Source: a plasmid. From it: 64,000 nt of DNA. The notes beneath the pieces are model-generated. The model was given only the letters and a program-made list of their open reading frames with translations, was not told the origin of the DNA and ran no database searches. Made by a program: the position numbers and the translations under genes. The DNA lies in sequence record NZ_CP156668.1; one strand, 5' to 3'. This document shows positions 30,345-42,399 of this stretch, one piece after another (within the stretch, counting starts at the first letter, position 1; every line of letters begins with the position of its first letter).

Positions 30345-30362
30345 TGTCATTAAGTAATGACA
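30345..30362. promoter_or_regulatory. Perfect inverted repeat TGTCATTA-AG-TAATGACA adjacent to resolvase start: candidate res subsite
   Basis: Verified palindrome 20 bp upstream of the recombinase ATG. Confidence 0.5.
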
Positions 30363-30701
30363 CGGTTCTAACCCTTTAATTATACAGCATCAAAAAAAGA
30401 GGCCATAACTGTTAAGTTGTGACCTGGCTTGTTCTATCTAAGCACTTTACTCATTATATATTCAAGACGTCCAAAAAGTTGCATCTAATATATCTAAGCC
30501 CTTTAACGGGGAGACACTTTGCCACTTGCAATGCTCGATTAATTACTTAGGTATACAAAATGATTATTGTCACGAGACTAAAATAATCTTAATGTTTAAA
30601 TTTGCTTCACTTCAATAAAAGACCGGCCTGCTCAAACCCAAGGGTTTTAACGGACCGATCTTTATTTACATTAAGGCATCTTTACTTACTTTGAAAAACT
30701 T

Positions 30702-31139
30702 TTAATTTATCTTAGCCAGTTGTTGTGACAAAGTTTCCACTTGTTTAGTCAACTTCTCCAGATTGTGACTCTGGTCGAAAGTTTTTAAGTTCGCTTGCAC
30801 TTGCCGAAAAACCTTTTGGACTCTTTCTTGGCCATTAACAGTCAAAGTTAGCCGAACAATTCGTCGATCATTTGGATTCACTTGTGATTGAATTAAATTA
30901 TCTTGAATCAATCGCCAAGTATTCCTGGAAATTAGTGTGCGCGTAACCATGAATGCATCAGCTAATTCACTAGCAGTAGCTTGCCCATGTTGTTCAAGAT
31001 AGACTAATATTCTCCACTCACGCATTGAAAATTCAGTTTTGGCCAGTCCTTGCACTAACATCTGGTATGCCTGTTTCTGAATAGCTTGCAGGGTTGTTAA
31101 GCTCTCAAACTGGTTCTTAATTTGCTGATGATTTACCAT
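30702..31139 (-). CDS. MarR-family transcriptional regulator
   Basis: wHTH ...ASELADAFMVTRTLISRNTWRL...NPNDRRIVRLTLT... Confidence 0.8.
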   Translation of the reverse strand: MVNHQQIKNQFESLTTLQAIQKQAYQMLVQGLAKTEFSMREWRILVYLEQHGQATASELADAFMVTRTLISRNTWRLIQDNLIQSQVNPNDRRIVRLTLTVNGQERVQKVFRQVQANLKTFDQSHNLEKLTKQVETLSQQLAKIN

Positions 31140-31522
31140 ATAATATCATCCTATTCTTTGTACTGCCGCTTAGTCATTCCGAAGAGTTATAACAAACTAC
31201 TCATGGCTAATAGTAATAAGCCCCTCAGTGTCATATGTCGTTGGTCAGTTTCATCAGTTCGAGGCAACCATTAATCTACAAAATTAGTAGCCTCTGTTTG
31301 ACCAGCCTGAACCGGCTTAGCAGCATCGTTGATTGGCTCGGGTTAATAGAAACTCTAAAATCTGTCGATAAACTATTTATAATTCTTATTATAATAAATT
31401 GATTCAAACTCATTATGAACGTTAGAAATATTATTAATATGCATTGAAGGTTAATTTTACAATCTACCTAAAACTAAATATAATTTTTCTAACTTAGTTG
31501 TTGCACTTAAACTACTGCATAC

Positions 31523-33559
31523 TCATTTTTCAGTCTTACTTAAGCTACCTCGATGATAAATTTTCTTTTGGATTAAGTATTGATCCTGATATTGAGTAAT
31601 AAATAACGGAGAACTTTCTTCTATGACATTGCTAAACTCCAAACCATACCATGAAATAGGTGAGGCCGTAATTTTCTGCAAATAGATGCGCCCGCCAATC
31701 AATCTTCTATCTAACGAGCTTAACTGATCATTGGCAATTAAATCTGCTGGTTGTTCCTTTATAATAACAAACTTAAAGTCGCCGACTTTCCGTTGTCGCT
31801 CTGTTGAATACGTGGGTATTTGTGGTTCTAAAATACCTTGTTCCACTAGATGATTTACAATTTGATGTAAATAGACACTAACGGATTGAGATTTCTTAAA
31901 CCCTAAGTACAATTGAACGTTAACAACATTATGCGTCTCAAGTAAATCAACTGTATAATTACTTTCATAAGGTGCATTGGTTTCATTGACTGTAACAAAC
32001 CAATAAACTTTAGCTCTTTTAGGTTGTCTGTCGAGAATAGAATACATGGTACTACGCTTAATTTGGTAATCACCCTTAATTTTAGTCATATACACTAAGT
32101 TAGTCGTGAACAAAGGTACTGTATTGTCTGCGCTTAATTTAGAGAGTTGATCACGATAGTCAAGAAGTGAAACATACTCGCTTTCTTTCTCATAATGTTC
32201 TCTTCGTTTATTTCCAAAGTACCAAAGCCACATAATATAAAGAATGCCCAACATGATTGTTAACGTAACATAACCGCCATGAATAAACTTAACCAAACTT
32301 GAAATTAGAAAGATTAACTCAATAAAACCAAAAAACAAGGCAATTATAAGTGCTGTTCCCTTAGCCAGGTGTTTCTTTAAGAATTCATGCAAAAGCACAG
32401 TAGTCATAAGCATGGTAATAGTGATCGCTAAACCATACGCGGCCTCCATTTTTTGTGAACTACCAAAGAACCAGACTGCACTAATTGTTATTATACATAG
32501 TATCCAGTTAACAGTTGCAATATAAATTTGATTTTTTATATTACTTGGATGTCTAATAACCATTCTAGGTAAAAATTTTAAGCCAATTGCTTCATCGGCT
32601 AAAGTGTAAGAACCCGTAATCAACGCTTGAGAGGCAATAATTGCAGCGAGTGTGGCTAGCACAATGCCAACTAGGCGCCAAGTTCCGGGGAGCATTTCAT
32701 AAAAGGGATTTAAGTTCGATAAGTTCCTGTAAGCAGTGTCACCTGCATGTCTAATTATCCAAGCCCCCTGACCTAAGTAATTTAAAAATAGGGTGCTATA
32801 TACTAGTGGCCAGGTTACATAAATATTCTTCTTGCCAACGTGACCCATATCGGAATATAAAGCCTCTGCTCCTGTGGTTGCCAAAAAGATACTTCCAAGT
32901 ATAAAGATTCCCACTTTGTTAACTGGACTGAATAGTATCCTAATTGCATAATAAGGAGAAATAGCCTTCAATATCATTGGATAATTGATTAGATTAACGA
33001 TTCCAAAGACAGCCAAAAAACCAAACCATAAAATCATCACTGGTCCAAAGGATTTCCCAATCACACCTGTTCCAAAACGTTGAATCATAAATAATACGAG
33101 TAGAACAACTGTTGTGATAATCAAGACGTTATGTTGAGAATTACTAAACACCACAGGGCCAAGGTGTTGTTTTTTTAATCCCTCAATGGCTGAGGTCACG
33201 GTTACTGCAGGTGTTAATGTTCCATCGGCCAAAATAGCTGCCCCACCAATCAAAGCTGGCCAAATTAACCATTTTGCATTTTTTCGAACTAAGGCATATA
33301 AAGCAAAAATACCGCCTTCATGCTTGTTGTCGGCTTGCATTGCAATGACAACATACTTCAACGTTGTAATAATCATTAATGTCCAAAATATCAAAGAAAC
33401 TGACCCAATGACGTATTCTGGAGAAATATTTCCCATTTTACCGGCGTCACCAATCAATGCATTCATAACATACAATGGTGAAGTGCCAATATCACCGTAC
33501 ACAATTCCTAAAGTAACAAGTGCCCCCGCAAAAGAAACACGTTCTAGTTGCTTATTCAT
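31523..33559 (-). CDS. kup: KUP/HAK/KT potassium uptake transporter
   Basis: [20 protein letters not shown] hallmark; 678 aa with C-terminal cytoplasmic domain. Confidence 0.9.
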   Translation of the reverse strand: MNKQLERVSFAGALVTLGIVYGDIGTSPLYVMNALIGDAGKMGNISPEYVIGSVSLIFWTLMIITTLKYVVIAMQADNKHEGGIFALYALVRKNAKWLIWPALIGGAAILADGTLTPAVTVTSAIEGLKKQHLGPVVFSNSQHNVLIITTVVLLVLFMIQRFGTGVIGKSFGPVMILWFGFLAVFGIVNLINYPMILKAISPYYAIRILFSPVNKVGIFILGSIFLATTGAEALYSDMGHVGKKNIYVTWPLVYSTLFLNYLGQGAWIIRHAGDTAYRNLSNLNPFYEMLPGTWRLVGIVLATLAAIIASQALITGSYTLADEAIGLKFLPRMVIRHPSNIKNQIYIATVNWILCIITISAVWFFGSSQKMEAAYGLAITITMLMTTVLLHEFLKKHLAKGTALIIALFFGFIELIFLISSLVKFIHGGYVTLTIMLGILYIMWLWYFGNKRREHYEKESEYVSLLDYRDQLSKLSADNTVPLFTTNLVYMTKIKGDYQIKRSTMYSILDRQPKRAKVYWFVTVNETNAPYESNYTVDLLETHNVVNVQLYLGFKKSQSVSVYLHQIVNHLVEQGILEPQIPTYSTERQRKVGDFKFVIIKEQPADLIANDQLSSLDRRLIGGRIYLQKITASPISWYGLEFSNVIEESSPLFITQYQDQYLIQKKIYHRGSLSKTEK

Positions 33560-33724
33560 ATTTGCTTGCCCCCAACGCTAATTATTGAAATATAGCACTG
33601 CAAAATAGTAAGCCTAAACACTAAGAAAAGCAACTATGCCATATACATCATAATGAAATCACTTTAAAGAAGTTCATAATTTACGATATACTGATTGAAA
33701 CCATAAATTATGGGTCTTCTATTC

Positions 33725-34426
33725 TTAACTATCTAGTTGAACCATCTGATAACCGACTCCAATGTGTGTTTTAATATACTGATTCTGAGTATTAACTTCA
33801 ATCTTTTTTCGCAAAGTTGCAATGGTCACTCGAAGAGAAGATGTATCTTCAACCGATTCTGTCCCCCAGACCTCTTTCAACAGATAGCGGTGTGTCAACA
33901 CGCGGGAAGTGTTTTCAGCAAGAATAATCAAAACCTTATATTCGATTGGTGTTAAATGGATTTCATTTTGGTTTACTTTGACCGTTTGTGAATCAAAGTT
34001 GATAGTCAATTCTCCATTACAATAATTATTAATATTGGTTTTTCCGTTGTTATATATTATGTTAGTCCTTCTCAAGGAAACACGAATTCTAGCCAGTAAT
34101 TCATCAATAGAAAAGGGTTTTGTTAAATAATCATCAGCACCCAAATCTAGAGCCTGCACTTTGTCGGCGTCCTCATCACGCGCTGAAATAACAATAATAG
34201 GTATATTATTGTTGGCAGCTCGTATTTGCTTAATAATGTCCATCCCATCCATATCGGGTAACATTAGATCAAGTAAAAGTACATCTGGTTGAAAAATTGG
34301 AATAAATTGGAGCGTTTTATTGCCATTTCTAGCTATGCCATACTTATAATCTGCGGATCTTAATGTCATTTGTATTAATCGAGCTACTTCTGGATCATCT
34401 TCGACAATCAAAATTCTATTTTTCAT
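33725..34426 (-). CDS. kdpE: OmpR-family response regulator KdpE
   Basis: ILIVEDDPE receiver domain; C-terminal wHTH; overlaps kdpD by 11 nt. Confidence 0.85.
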   Translation of the reverse strand: MKNRILIVEDDPEVARLIQMTLRSADYKYGIARNGNKTLQFIPIFQPDVLLLDLMLPDMDGMDIIKQIRAANNNIPIIVISARDEDADKVQALDLGADDYLTKPFSIDELLARIRVSLRRTNIIYNNGKTNINNYCNGELTINFDSQTVKVNQNEIHLTPIEYKVLIILAENTSRVLTHRYLLKEVWGTESVEDTSSLRVTIATLRKKIEVNTQNQYIKTHIGVGYQMVQLDS

Positions 34427-37100
34427 TTTTTTTGCTCCAAATAGGTAAAGTAAAGTAAAAACATACGCCGTTATTTAAATTTTTAGCCCAAATATTACCA
34501 TCATAAGCTTCAATAATAGATTTACACAATGATAAGCCAATTCCAAGCCCTCTTTGAGCCCTTAATGGTTGCTTTTGTTTGCCAGTGTAAAACAGTCCAA
34601 ATAGGTGAGCCAGATCACCATTAGTTAATTTTGGTCCGTTATTTGAAATCTCAAATTGGACTTGATTGGTATTCTTTTGAAAAATTCTAATCGAAATTTT
34701 GGTTTTTTCCGGTGTGTGTTGAATAGCATTGTTAACTATATTAATAATGACTTGGGTAATTAAGTGTGCGTCAGCCATGACCATTAATAATGGATCAGAC
34801 AAGTTAACGGTAATCTTATGATCTTCAAATCCTGGGCTAAGATGTTGCAAAGATTCTTGAATAATATCATCAACTAACTCTGGAGAATGACGTACTTGAA
34901 GACTACTCTCTAAACGAGTCATTGCCAATAGATTCTCCACTAGACTAATTAACCATGAAGAGTCATTAAATATTGATTCATATAATGTATACTTTTCAAC
35001 ATCACTAAGCTTATTTCCTTCTCGTTTCAATATATCTGCACTACCAGAAATATTTGTTAACGGTGTTCGTAAATCATGGGAGATTCCTCGTAGCAAGTTA
35101 GCCCTGAGTTTTTCCTGATGCGATTTAATTTCAGCTTTTCTTTTTTCATTTAGGATTCTCATCCTTGATAAGGCTTGACCACATTCATCCAATATCGAAA
35201 TAATTAAATTACGATCAAATATTTCCAAAGATCGTTTTGAATTTATTGCTAAGCCTATAACCGCAACAACTGATGAAGGGGAATTTCCAAAAATAGGTAA
35301 ATATAAACACTTTGCTTGTGGTAAAGTATTAGTAGTTAATCCAGCTTCTTGACCATTCTTGAATGCCCAGGTTGCAATGGCTTTCTCGTTATCACTGGAA
35401 AACTCATAAAAAGAGCTCTGGCTTTGGTTTAACAGATAAATTTTAGGTTGCAGTAACTTAGAATCCTGGCATTCATAAAAGACCATTGTAGCACTATAAA
35501 TTTTTTGTAGTTGTTGAACAGTCGTGTCAATAATATCGGTTGATAATTTGGCTTGTTGCAATTTACGAATAGTTTCCAACAGCACCTCTGTTTGGTAGAC
35601 ACGGTTAGAGTTATATTGAACTTGGTGCTTCAATTTTAGTGTCCAATAATTACTGATTATTGAAACTAGTAGCATTAAAAAAAATGTCAACAAGTAAACT
35701 GGACTACTACTAAGAGAAAAATAGGGTTTGGTAAAAAATAAATTGAAACTAATTACTGCTAAAAAAGCTGATAAGAATCCATATACTTGATCTTTTAGGT
35801 TAATTGCGCAGAGCATGATCCCTAACATATAAACCAAAACGACATTTACCAATGGTACTTGTGCAAATATTAATAGTTTTCCAACCACTGTGCTTCCCAA
35901 AATAATACTTGAAATCATTAGCATATTTTTAGCCATGCGCTTAGAGCCAGACTTACTAAGTGAACCTTTAAAATGGGTTAAAAATGTACCATTTAAATGT
36001 TGGACTTGATTCAAATTAGTTTTAGCACTATTAATTACATACTCATCAACTTCTGGTAACAGATATCCTATTTGATACACAAGTGTAGATCGTGTTTGCC
36101 ATATTTTTTTATAAGGACTAGCCCCAAGTACAATTTTGGTTACGCTGCTTTCTTTGGCATACTCTGTAATTTGCAGAGCTGGGTTCTCACCCTGCAGTTT
36201 AATAACCTTTGCACCTAGTTGATGGGCAAGGCTAATGTTATTATTTAAGTTTTCCTCCCATTTATTAAACTGATTGTTCTTAACATAAACCGCAATGAAG
36301 TCACTATTAAAAGCTTGAGCCATTTGTGCAGCAGAACGAATGACACGTTCATTACTCTTAGATCCGGATAAACAGACTAGTAGCCGATCAGTACCTACCT
36401 TTGAGTTGGTAGCCAATCTTAAAGTCATTTTCCTCAATGCAAGTTCTCTTAACGTAGTAAGATTTTCAGATTTAAAAAAATTAGCTAATGCTTGCCTTAT
36501 ATGATTTCTAGCATATATTTTTCCAATTTTAAGTCTATTGATCAGATCATTGGGTTCGATATCAATTAACTTGACCTGATTTGCCATATCAAATATATAA
36601 TCTGGTACTCGTTCTTGAATATCAACGTTTAATTGTTCAAAAATTATATCGTGCAGGCTTTCTAGATGTTGAACATTTAGCGTTGTATACACATTGATAC
36701 CAGCAGTAAGTAATTCCTGAATGTCTTGATAACGTTTCAAATGGCGACTTTTTTTCGTATTTGTATGTGCTAACTCATCAACTAAAATTGTCTGTGGATG
36801 TCGTTCCAGTGCACCATCGAGATTGAATTCTTGAAGATACATTCCCTTATAGGATTCTTTTTTTACAGGGATTGATTCTAACCCCCTAGCAAGATTGCGT
36901 GTATCTGCCCTGCCATGATCCTCAAGGTATCCAATAATGACATCCTGGCCCTCCTGCTTCAAGTCCTGTGCTTCTGCTAGCATAGAATAAGTTTTGCCAA
37001 CACCAGCGGCATAACCAAAGAAAATCTTTAATTTCCCCCTGCCTGAAGTTTCAAGATTTGCATCTTTTAAGTACCTACTTGCACGTTCATTTTGATTCAT
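34416..37100 (-). CDS. kdpD: Sensor histidine kinase KdpD
   Basis: N-terminal KdpD domain (GYAAGVGKTYSML P-loop), USP-like region, 4 TM, H-box ISHDLRTPLT, HATPase. Confidence 0.9.
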   Translation of the reverse strand: MNQNERASRYLKDANLETSGRGKLKIFFGYAAGVGKTYSMLAEAQDLKQEGQDVIIGYLEDHGRADTRNLARGLESIPVKKESYKGMYLQEFNLDGALERHPQTILVDELAHTNTKKSRHLKRYQDIQELLTAGINVYTTLNVQHLESLHDIIFEQLNVDIQERVPDYIFDMANQVKLIDIEPNDLINRLKIGKIYARNHIRQALANFFKSENLTTLRELALRKMTLRLATNSKVGTDRLLVCLSGSKSNERVIRSAAQMAQAFNSDFIAVYVKNNQFNKWEENLNNNISLAHQLGAKVIKLQGENPALQITEYAKESSVTKIVLGASPYKKIWQTRSTLVYQIGYLLPEVDEYVINSAKTNLNQVQHLNGTFLTHFKGSLSKSGSKRMAKNMLMISSIILGSTVVGKLLIFAQVPLVNVVLVYMLGIMLCAINLKDQVYGFLSAFLAVISFNLFFTKPYFSLSSSPVYLLTFFLMLLVSIISNYWTLKLKHQVQYNSNRVYQTEVLLETIRKLQQAKLSTDIIDTTVQQLQKIYSATMVFYECQDSKLLQPKIYLLNQSQSSFYEFSSDNEKAIATWAFKNGQEAGLTTNTLPQAKCLYLPIFGNSPSSVVAVIGLAINSKRSLEIFDRNLIISILDECGQALSRMRILNEKRKAEIKSHQEKLRANLLRGISHDLRTPLTNISGSADILKREGNKLSDVEKYTLYESIFNDSSWLISLVENLLAMTRLESSLQVRHSPELVDDIIQESLQHLSPGFEDHKITVNLSDPLLMVMADAHLITQVIINIVNNAIQHTPEKTKISIRIFQKNTNQVQFEISNNGPKLTNGDLAHLFGLFYTGKQKQPLRAQRGLGIGLSLCKSIIEAYDGNIWAKNLNNGVCFYFTLPIWSKKNEK

Positions 37101-37235
37101 CTAGTTATCCCTCCAAATAGAATACAAGAATATCCTTGGTAAGTATACTATCGTTCTAACTAAATTTACCCAAAAATAAAGTCTTGTCTTTTATAATCTT
37201 CAAATCAAGATCTTTATAGGCTCTATTACATATGA

Positions 37236-37282
37236 CACAAAACCCCTAAATGATTATCACATATGGTAATCATTTAGGGGCT
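37236..37282 (-). terminator. Intrinsic terminator between kdpC and kdpD (minus-strand sense)
   Basis: cccctaaatgatta-...-taatcatttagggg 14-bp perfect stem followed by TTTTGTGT on the minus strand. Confidence 0.7.
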
Positions 37283-37316
37283 TAACCCGCGACTTATCTC
37301 AGCTAAGCTTCAAAAG

Positions 37317-37916
37317 TTATTTTGATAGTTTATCCAAGGCCAGATTAGTTTCTAGCACGTTAACCCGAGGTTCACCAAGAATTCCCAGAGTGCGAGTTTT
37401 GGTATTTTGGTCAATCACTCGTTGAATTTTTTGAACACTGACATGCCGAGCCTTAGCAATTCTCTTAACCTGATATTTAGCAGCAGTTGGTGATATTTCT
37501 GGATCTAAGCCACTTCCTGAATTAGTTACTAGGTCAATGGGAACATGTCGATAAGTGGCATTAGGATTCAATCTTTTTATTGTCTTTTCTTTATCAATAA
37601 TCTCCTTTTGATAACTTTTATCGTTAGGGCTCATTTGTGAGGCCACAGAGTACATAATATTTTTATTGTTTTTTTGTCCAGTTATATCGCCAACAGTAAT
37701 ATCCATCTGTCTACCCCACAGGTATTTTTTGCTTGTGAATGGTTGTGCAATTAGTGCTGATCCCCTTACTGTTTGATCAGATCTAACTAAACTGCCATTT
37801 GCTTGTGAGGTAAAAAAGGTTTGCCCAATTGCACTAACAATTAAGGTATAGATACCACAAATAATCGTTATGACAATTACTGCCAAAATTGACTTACCTA
37901 ATGTCTTAACTACCAT
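37317..37916 (-). CDS. kdpC: K+-transporting ATPase subunit C
   Basis: Single N-terminal TM + periplasmic domain, 199 aa, between kdpB and kdpD. Confidence 0.85.
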   Translation of the reverse strand: MVVKTLGKSILAVIVITIICGIYTLIVSAIGQTFFTSQANGSLVRSDQTVRGSALIAQPFTSKKYLWGRQMDITVGDITGQKNNKNIMYSVASQMSPNDKSYQKEIIDKEKTIKRLNPNATYRHVPIDLVTNSGSGLDPEISPTAAKYQVKRIAKARHVSVQKIQRVIDQNTKTRTLGILGEPRVNVLETNLALDKLSK

Positions 37917-37934
37917 TATTGTCTTTCTCCCTTC

Positions 37935-40028
37935 TCATAGAATCTGTAGTATGAGTGCAATGATCAAGTCGATCAACTTAATTCCAATGAATGGAACAAC
38001 TATCCCACCAAGCCCATAAACTAGCAAATTATGCCGCAGTAACTGACTAGCTGGAACTTCTCGGTAACGTACTCCCTTGAGTGCCAGGGGAATTAAGGCG
38101 ACAATAATTAGTGCGTTAAAAATCAATGCTGACAGGATTGCACTTGTTGGACTATACAAATGCATAATGTTAAGCACATTTAACTTGGGATATAATCCTA
38201 CAAACATAGCCGGAATGATAGCAAAATACTTAGCAATGTCGTTTGCAATTGAAAAAGTGGTTAAGCTTCCTCGAGTCATTAATAATTGTTTACCAATTTG
38301 GACAATTTTAATTAATTTAGTTGGTGAAGAATCTAGATCAACCATATTACCAGCCTCTTTTGCAGCCTGTGTACCCGTGTTCATAGCTACAGCAACGTCG
38401 GCCTGAGCCAAGGCAGGAGCGTCATTAGTTCCATCGCCAGTCATGGCAACTAAATGTCCCTTATTTTGATATTCACGAATGGTTTTCATTTTACTTTCTG
38501 GAGTAGCCTGAGATAGAAAACTATCAACCCCAGCTTCAGCAGCAATGGCAGCAGCGGTTACTGGATTATCGCCAGTAATCATGATTGTCTTTATGCCCAT
38601 CTTCCTTAGATCAGCAAATTTTTCCTTAACGCCGGGTTTTATGATATCTTTCAAGTAGATAACACCAAGAATAACACCATTCTTGCATACTACTAAAGGT
38701 GTCCCTCCCTGTTCAGCAATTCTCTTAACTGCTATTTGGCATTCTTCGCTGTATTTATTTTTTTTTGTCAGGACATATTGTTTGATATTCTCCGAAGCAC
38801 CTTTACGAATTTCATCTCCAGCAAAATTAACACCACTCATTTTAGTTTGTGCTGAAAATGGAATAAACTTAGCCTGATTTGCTTCTAAGTTCTGTTCTCT
38901 AAGGCTATACTTTTCTTTTGCTAATACAACAATTGATCTTCCTTCCGGCGTCTCATCAGCTAAGGATGAAAGCTGTGCCGCAATTGCTAATTCTTTTTCT
39001 GAATGGCCATCGACTGGAATAAATGCTGAGGCACGTCGATTGCCTAATGTTATTGTCCCAGTTTTGTCCAGGAGTAATACATCGGTATCGCCAGCAGCCT
39101 CAATGGCCCGACCACTCATTGCTAAAACATTAGCTTGATTCAATCTACTCATGCCAGCAATACCGATAGCTGAAAGAAGTGCTCCAATGGTTGTCGGGGC
39201 TAAACAAACCAGTAATGCAATTAACCATACAATAGACATTGGATTTCTCATATCAAGTATCTGAGATGATAACTGAGAATACGTGTATAATGCCGCCACT
39301 ACCAACACAAATATGATAGACAATGCAACTAAAAAAATTTCTAGTGCAATTTCATTAGGCGTTTTTTTACGGTTAGCACCTTCTACCATTCCAATCATTT
39401 TGTCCAAAAAACTAGCACCTTGTTCTTGTGTTACCTTGATGACCAAATGATCTGATAAAACAGTAGTACCACCGGTAACAGCAGAGCGATCTCCGCCAGC
39501 TTCTCGTATTACCGGCGCAGATTCACCGGTAATTGCACTCTCGTCAACAGAAGCAGCTCCTTCGACAACTTCACCATCTGCTGCAATGGTTTCCCCAGCT
39601 TCAGCAAGGAATAGATCACCTTTATTTAAGTTTTCTCCACTAACTTTTTCAATATTTGATAAATCGCCAACTTTATTTAACCTTTTTGCCATTACTGCAC
39701 GTTTTGATTTTTTCAACTCTGCCGCTTGAGCTTTACCGCGCCCTTCAGCGACAGCCTCTGAAAAGTTTGCAAACAGGCAAGTAATCCAAAGAATTACAGC
39801 TACTGTAAAGATAAAACCACTACTTACAATTCTGTCTGAGATGCCAAAAAGCGATAAAATAAATAAGATAGTTGTTGCAATTGCTGATACATAAACTAGA
39901 AACATCACTGGATTTTTAATTTGTAGGTTAGGCTTTAACTTAAGAAAAGTTTCTTTAAGTGCCGCTCCTAACATTTTTCGCTTAAACATTTGATTTTTCT
40001 CTATTTTTTCATTCATAGTCAGACCCAC
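37935..40028 (-). CDS. kdpB: K+-transporting P-type ATPase subunit B
   Basis: DKTGTIT phosphorylation site, [22 protein letters not shown] motifs. Confidence 0.95.
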   Translation of the reverse strand: MGLTMNEKIEKNQMFKRKMLGAALKETFLKLKPNLQIKNPVMFLVYVSAIATTILFILSLFGISDRIVSSGFIFTVAVILWITCLFANFSEAVAEGRGKAQAAELKKSKRAVMAKRLNKVGDLSNIEKVSGENLNKGDLFLAEAGETIAADGEVVEGAASVDESAITGESAPVIREAGGDRSAVTGGTTVLSDHLVIKVTQEQGASFLDKMIGMVEGANRKKTPNEIALEIFLVALSIIFVLVVAALYTYSQLSSQILDMRNPMSIVWLIALLVCLAPTTIGALLSAIGIAGMSRLNQANVLAMSGRAIEAAGDTDVLLLDKTGTITLGNRRASAFIPVDGHSEKELAIAAQLSSLADETPEGRSIVVLAKEKYSLREQNLEANQAKFIPFSAQTKMSGVNFAGDEIRKGASENIKQYVLTKKNKYSEECQIAVKRIAEQGGTPLVVCKNGVILGVIYLKDIIKPGVKEKFADLRKMGIKTIMITGDNPVTAAAIAAEAGVDSFLSQATPESKMKTIREYQNKGHLVAMTGDGTNDAPALAQADVAVAMNTGTQAAKEAGNMVDLDSSPTKLIKIVQIGKQLLMTRGSLTTFSIANDIAKYFAIIPAMFVGLYPKLNVLNIMHLYSPTSAILSALIFNALIIVALIPLALKGVRYREVPASQLLRHNLLVYGLGGIVVPFIGIKLIDLIIALILQIL

Positions 40029-40064
40029 CTTACTAATTTTAGAAACGCATAATGTAAAATCATA

Positions 40065-41837
40065 TTAATGTGTCAAAAAGTCCGCTATTGGTCCTAATGA
40101 TAGTGCTGGAAAGAAACTAAGCACGCCAATGATTAATACAACGATTATTAACATAAAAACAAAGGTTGGACTTGTAGTTGATAATGTTCCCGAACTACTA
40201 GCAACAATTTTATGCTGTCCCATTTTACCAGCAATCGCCATTATAGCGATAATAGGAAGAAAACGAGAAATGATCATCGCAACAGCTAATAAAACATTGA
40301 AAATAATGGTATTACCATTGAACCCTCCAAAGCTGGAACCATTATTTGCCCCTGCTGATGAAAAAGCATATAAAAATTCAGAGAATCCATGTGCTCCACT
40401 ATTGCTAAGACTAGTTAAAGTACTCTTTAACATTGCTGGAATAGCGCTGCAAGTTAAAATTGCAATTGGCGTTGATAGGCAAGCGATAACAGCCATACGC
40501 ATTTCGTAAGGCCCAATTTTTTTACCTAAATATTCTGGTGTACGTCCTACCATTAGCCCAGCAATAAAAACTGTTAGGATGATAAATCCAAGCATGCCGT
40601 ACAATCCAGATCCTACACCACCAAAAACAACCTCGCCTAATTGCATTAAAGCCATGGGCATTAATCCGCCCAGAGAACTAAAACTATCTAATGTTGCATT
40701 CACTGCGCCTGTAGATGTTGCAGTAGTAACAATACTCCAAACAGCTGATCCAGGAATACCAATTCTAGTTTCTTTGCCTTCCATAGCCAAATTACCAATA
40801 TGAGCTAAAGTGGTCCCATGTTGTTCAACAATTCCTTCAAATATTAACGCAACTACAAACATAATTGCCATAGCTGAGAAGATTGCCCAACCTTCCTTAC
40901 GCCGCTTTAAAGATTCACCAAAGCTAAAACATAGCGCCATGGGCAGAAGAAGCATTGCCGTTGTTTCAATAAAGTTTGTAAAAGGTGTTGGATTTTCATA
41001 TGGATGGGCAGAGTTAGCACCTAAGACCCCCCCACCATTAGTCCCCAATAACTTAATTGATACCTGGGAAGCTTGTGGGAATAACGGTAAGGTTTCTTTA
41101 GTTATAATTTTTGCCCCATCGATTTTGTGATTTTTAATCCTAACTGTATTTTTTTTGACGTTAATTTCAGCCCCATGAATCGCCTGGTTATGTTTATCAA
41201 CGGCAACAGGTTGTACCAAGGTAGCAGTTTTATAACCACCAGTTGTTTGAGGAACACCACCTGCCATGAGCATAATAGACATAAACAAACTAAGCGGGAT
41301 TAAAAGATATAGAAAGATCCTGGTCAAGTCTCGCCAAAAGTTTCCAATTGCTTTTGCTTCTGTACGTTGGATACCTCTAATTAATGCAAAAAGAACCGCA
41401 ATTCCAACAGCCGCAGAGGCAAAGTTTTGAACAGTTAAACCAATCGTCTGAGAAAAATTAGAAAGAGCCATTTCCCCAGAATATGATTGCCAATTAGTGT
41501 TGGTTACAAAACTAACAGCAGTATTAAACGCTAATGACCAAGAAAGCCCCGAAAAATGTTCTGGATTCCCAGGTAAATAATTTTGGAATTTCAAAATACT
41601 AAACAAAACTAAAAAACTAACTAAAGAAAACATTAAAATACTTAGTAAGTAAGTTTTCCAACTCATCTCGCGATTAGACACACGAAAAAATTTATATATT
41701 TTGTTTTCAATTGGTCGGATAATTCTGCTCATAAAATTGTTCTGATCATTAATAATATGGCTGATATACTTGCCTAATGGAATGGCTAATAATAATGGAA
41801 CAATGATATATGGTAAATATTGAGCCCATGTTGGCAT
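40065..41837 (-). CDS. kdpA: K+-transporting ATPase subunit A
   Basis: 590-aa polytopic protein directly upstream of kdpB. Confidence 0.9.
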   Translation of the reverse strand: MPTWAQYLPYIIVPLLLAIPLGKYISHIINDQNNFMSRIIRPIENKIYKFFRVSNREMSWKTYLLSILMFSLVSFLVLFSILKFQNYLPGNPEHFSGLSWSLAFNTAVSFVTNTNWQSYSGEMALSNFSQTIGLTVQNFASAAVGIAVLFALIRGIQRTEAKAIGNFWRDLTRIFLYLLIPLSLFMSIMLMAGGVPQTTGGYKTATLVQPVAVDKHNQAIHGAEINVKKNTVRIKNHKIDGAKIITKETLPLFPQASQVSIKLLGTNGGGVLGANSAHPYENPTPFTNFIETTAMLLLPMALCFSFGESLKRRKEGWAIFSAMAIMFVVALIFEGIVEQHGTTLAHIGNLAMEGKETRIGIPGSAVWSIVTTATSTGAVNATLDSFSSLGGLMPMALMQLGEVVFGGVGSGLYGMLGFIILTVFIAGLMVGRTPEYLGKKIGPYEMRMAVIACLSTPIAILTCSAIPAMLKSTLTSLSNSGAHGFSEFLYAFSSAGANNGSSFGGFNGNTIIFNVLLAVAMIISRFLPIIAIMAIAGKMGQHKIVASSSGTLSTTSPTFVFMLIIVVLIIGVLSFFPALSLGPIADFLTH

Positions 41838-41838
41838 A

Positions 41839-41919
41839 CTATGATTCTCCTTTCACTAGAACATAAATTAGATAAGCTAATAAAAAGATTGTTAAGATCG
41901 TTCCTAAGACCAAAACCAT
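41839..41919 (-). CDS. kdpF: K+-transporting ATPase subunit F (26 aa, not in ORF track)
   Basis: ATG...MVLVLGTILTIFLLAYLIYVLVKGES*, single TM, stop 1 nt before kdpA ATG; SD ggaagtgag upstream. Confidence 0.7.
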   Translation of the reverse strand: MVLVLGTILTIFLLAYLIYVLVKGES

Positions 41920-41951
41920 TTGTCTCACTTCCAATTAATTTTTTAATTTAA

Positions 41952-42230
41952 TCAAGGGTGCTCCATCACGTTAATGCGTTGTTTCCAAAATTTTCTAACA
42001 CTAATAGGAACTTTGTCTGAGAATCCGTAGTCAAATTTAAGATGCTGAGCAGTATCGAAAAAATAAAAAATTGTAACATCTGCTATGAAAAGGTCTCCTG
42101 AAGTACTTTGAATGTAGCCTCCCATCTTTTTTTTAATATCATTATCAATTAAACAAATTATTTTTTCTCGACTATACTGGTCCGAATAATCTTTGTAATA
42201 ATAATTATCAATCATTTTGAACATCTCCAA
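41952..42230 (-). CDS. Hypothetical 92-aa protein, AT-rich, part of the low-GC islet
   Basis: ORF with ggaga SD; no recognisable motif. Confidence 0.4.
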   Translation of the reverse strand: MEMFKMIDNYYYKDYSDQYSREKIICLIDNDIKKKMGGYIQSTSGDLFIADVTIFYFFDTAQHLKFDYGFSDKVPISVRKFWKQRINVMEHP

Positions 42231-42399
42231 AACATATTCAAATTAACTAAAGATATAGTATATGAAAAGGTGTTAAAATGGTGTTAATATTTAAAATCTC
42301 ATGTTAATATTTTGTTAAAAGCATATATTTAATTTGTCTAATCTCATAATAGAAATTTTGACCGATAGCAAATCAATGGTTAATCAGACTAGCAACAAT

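Noticed and set aside
41952-42230. Considered the 92-aa ORF as first gene of the kdp operon
   Set aside because: AT content and codon usage match the cyclase islet, not kdp. Retained as an orphan hypothetical of the islet.
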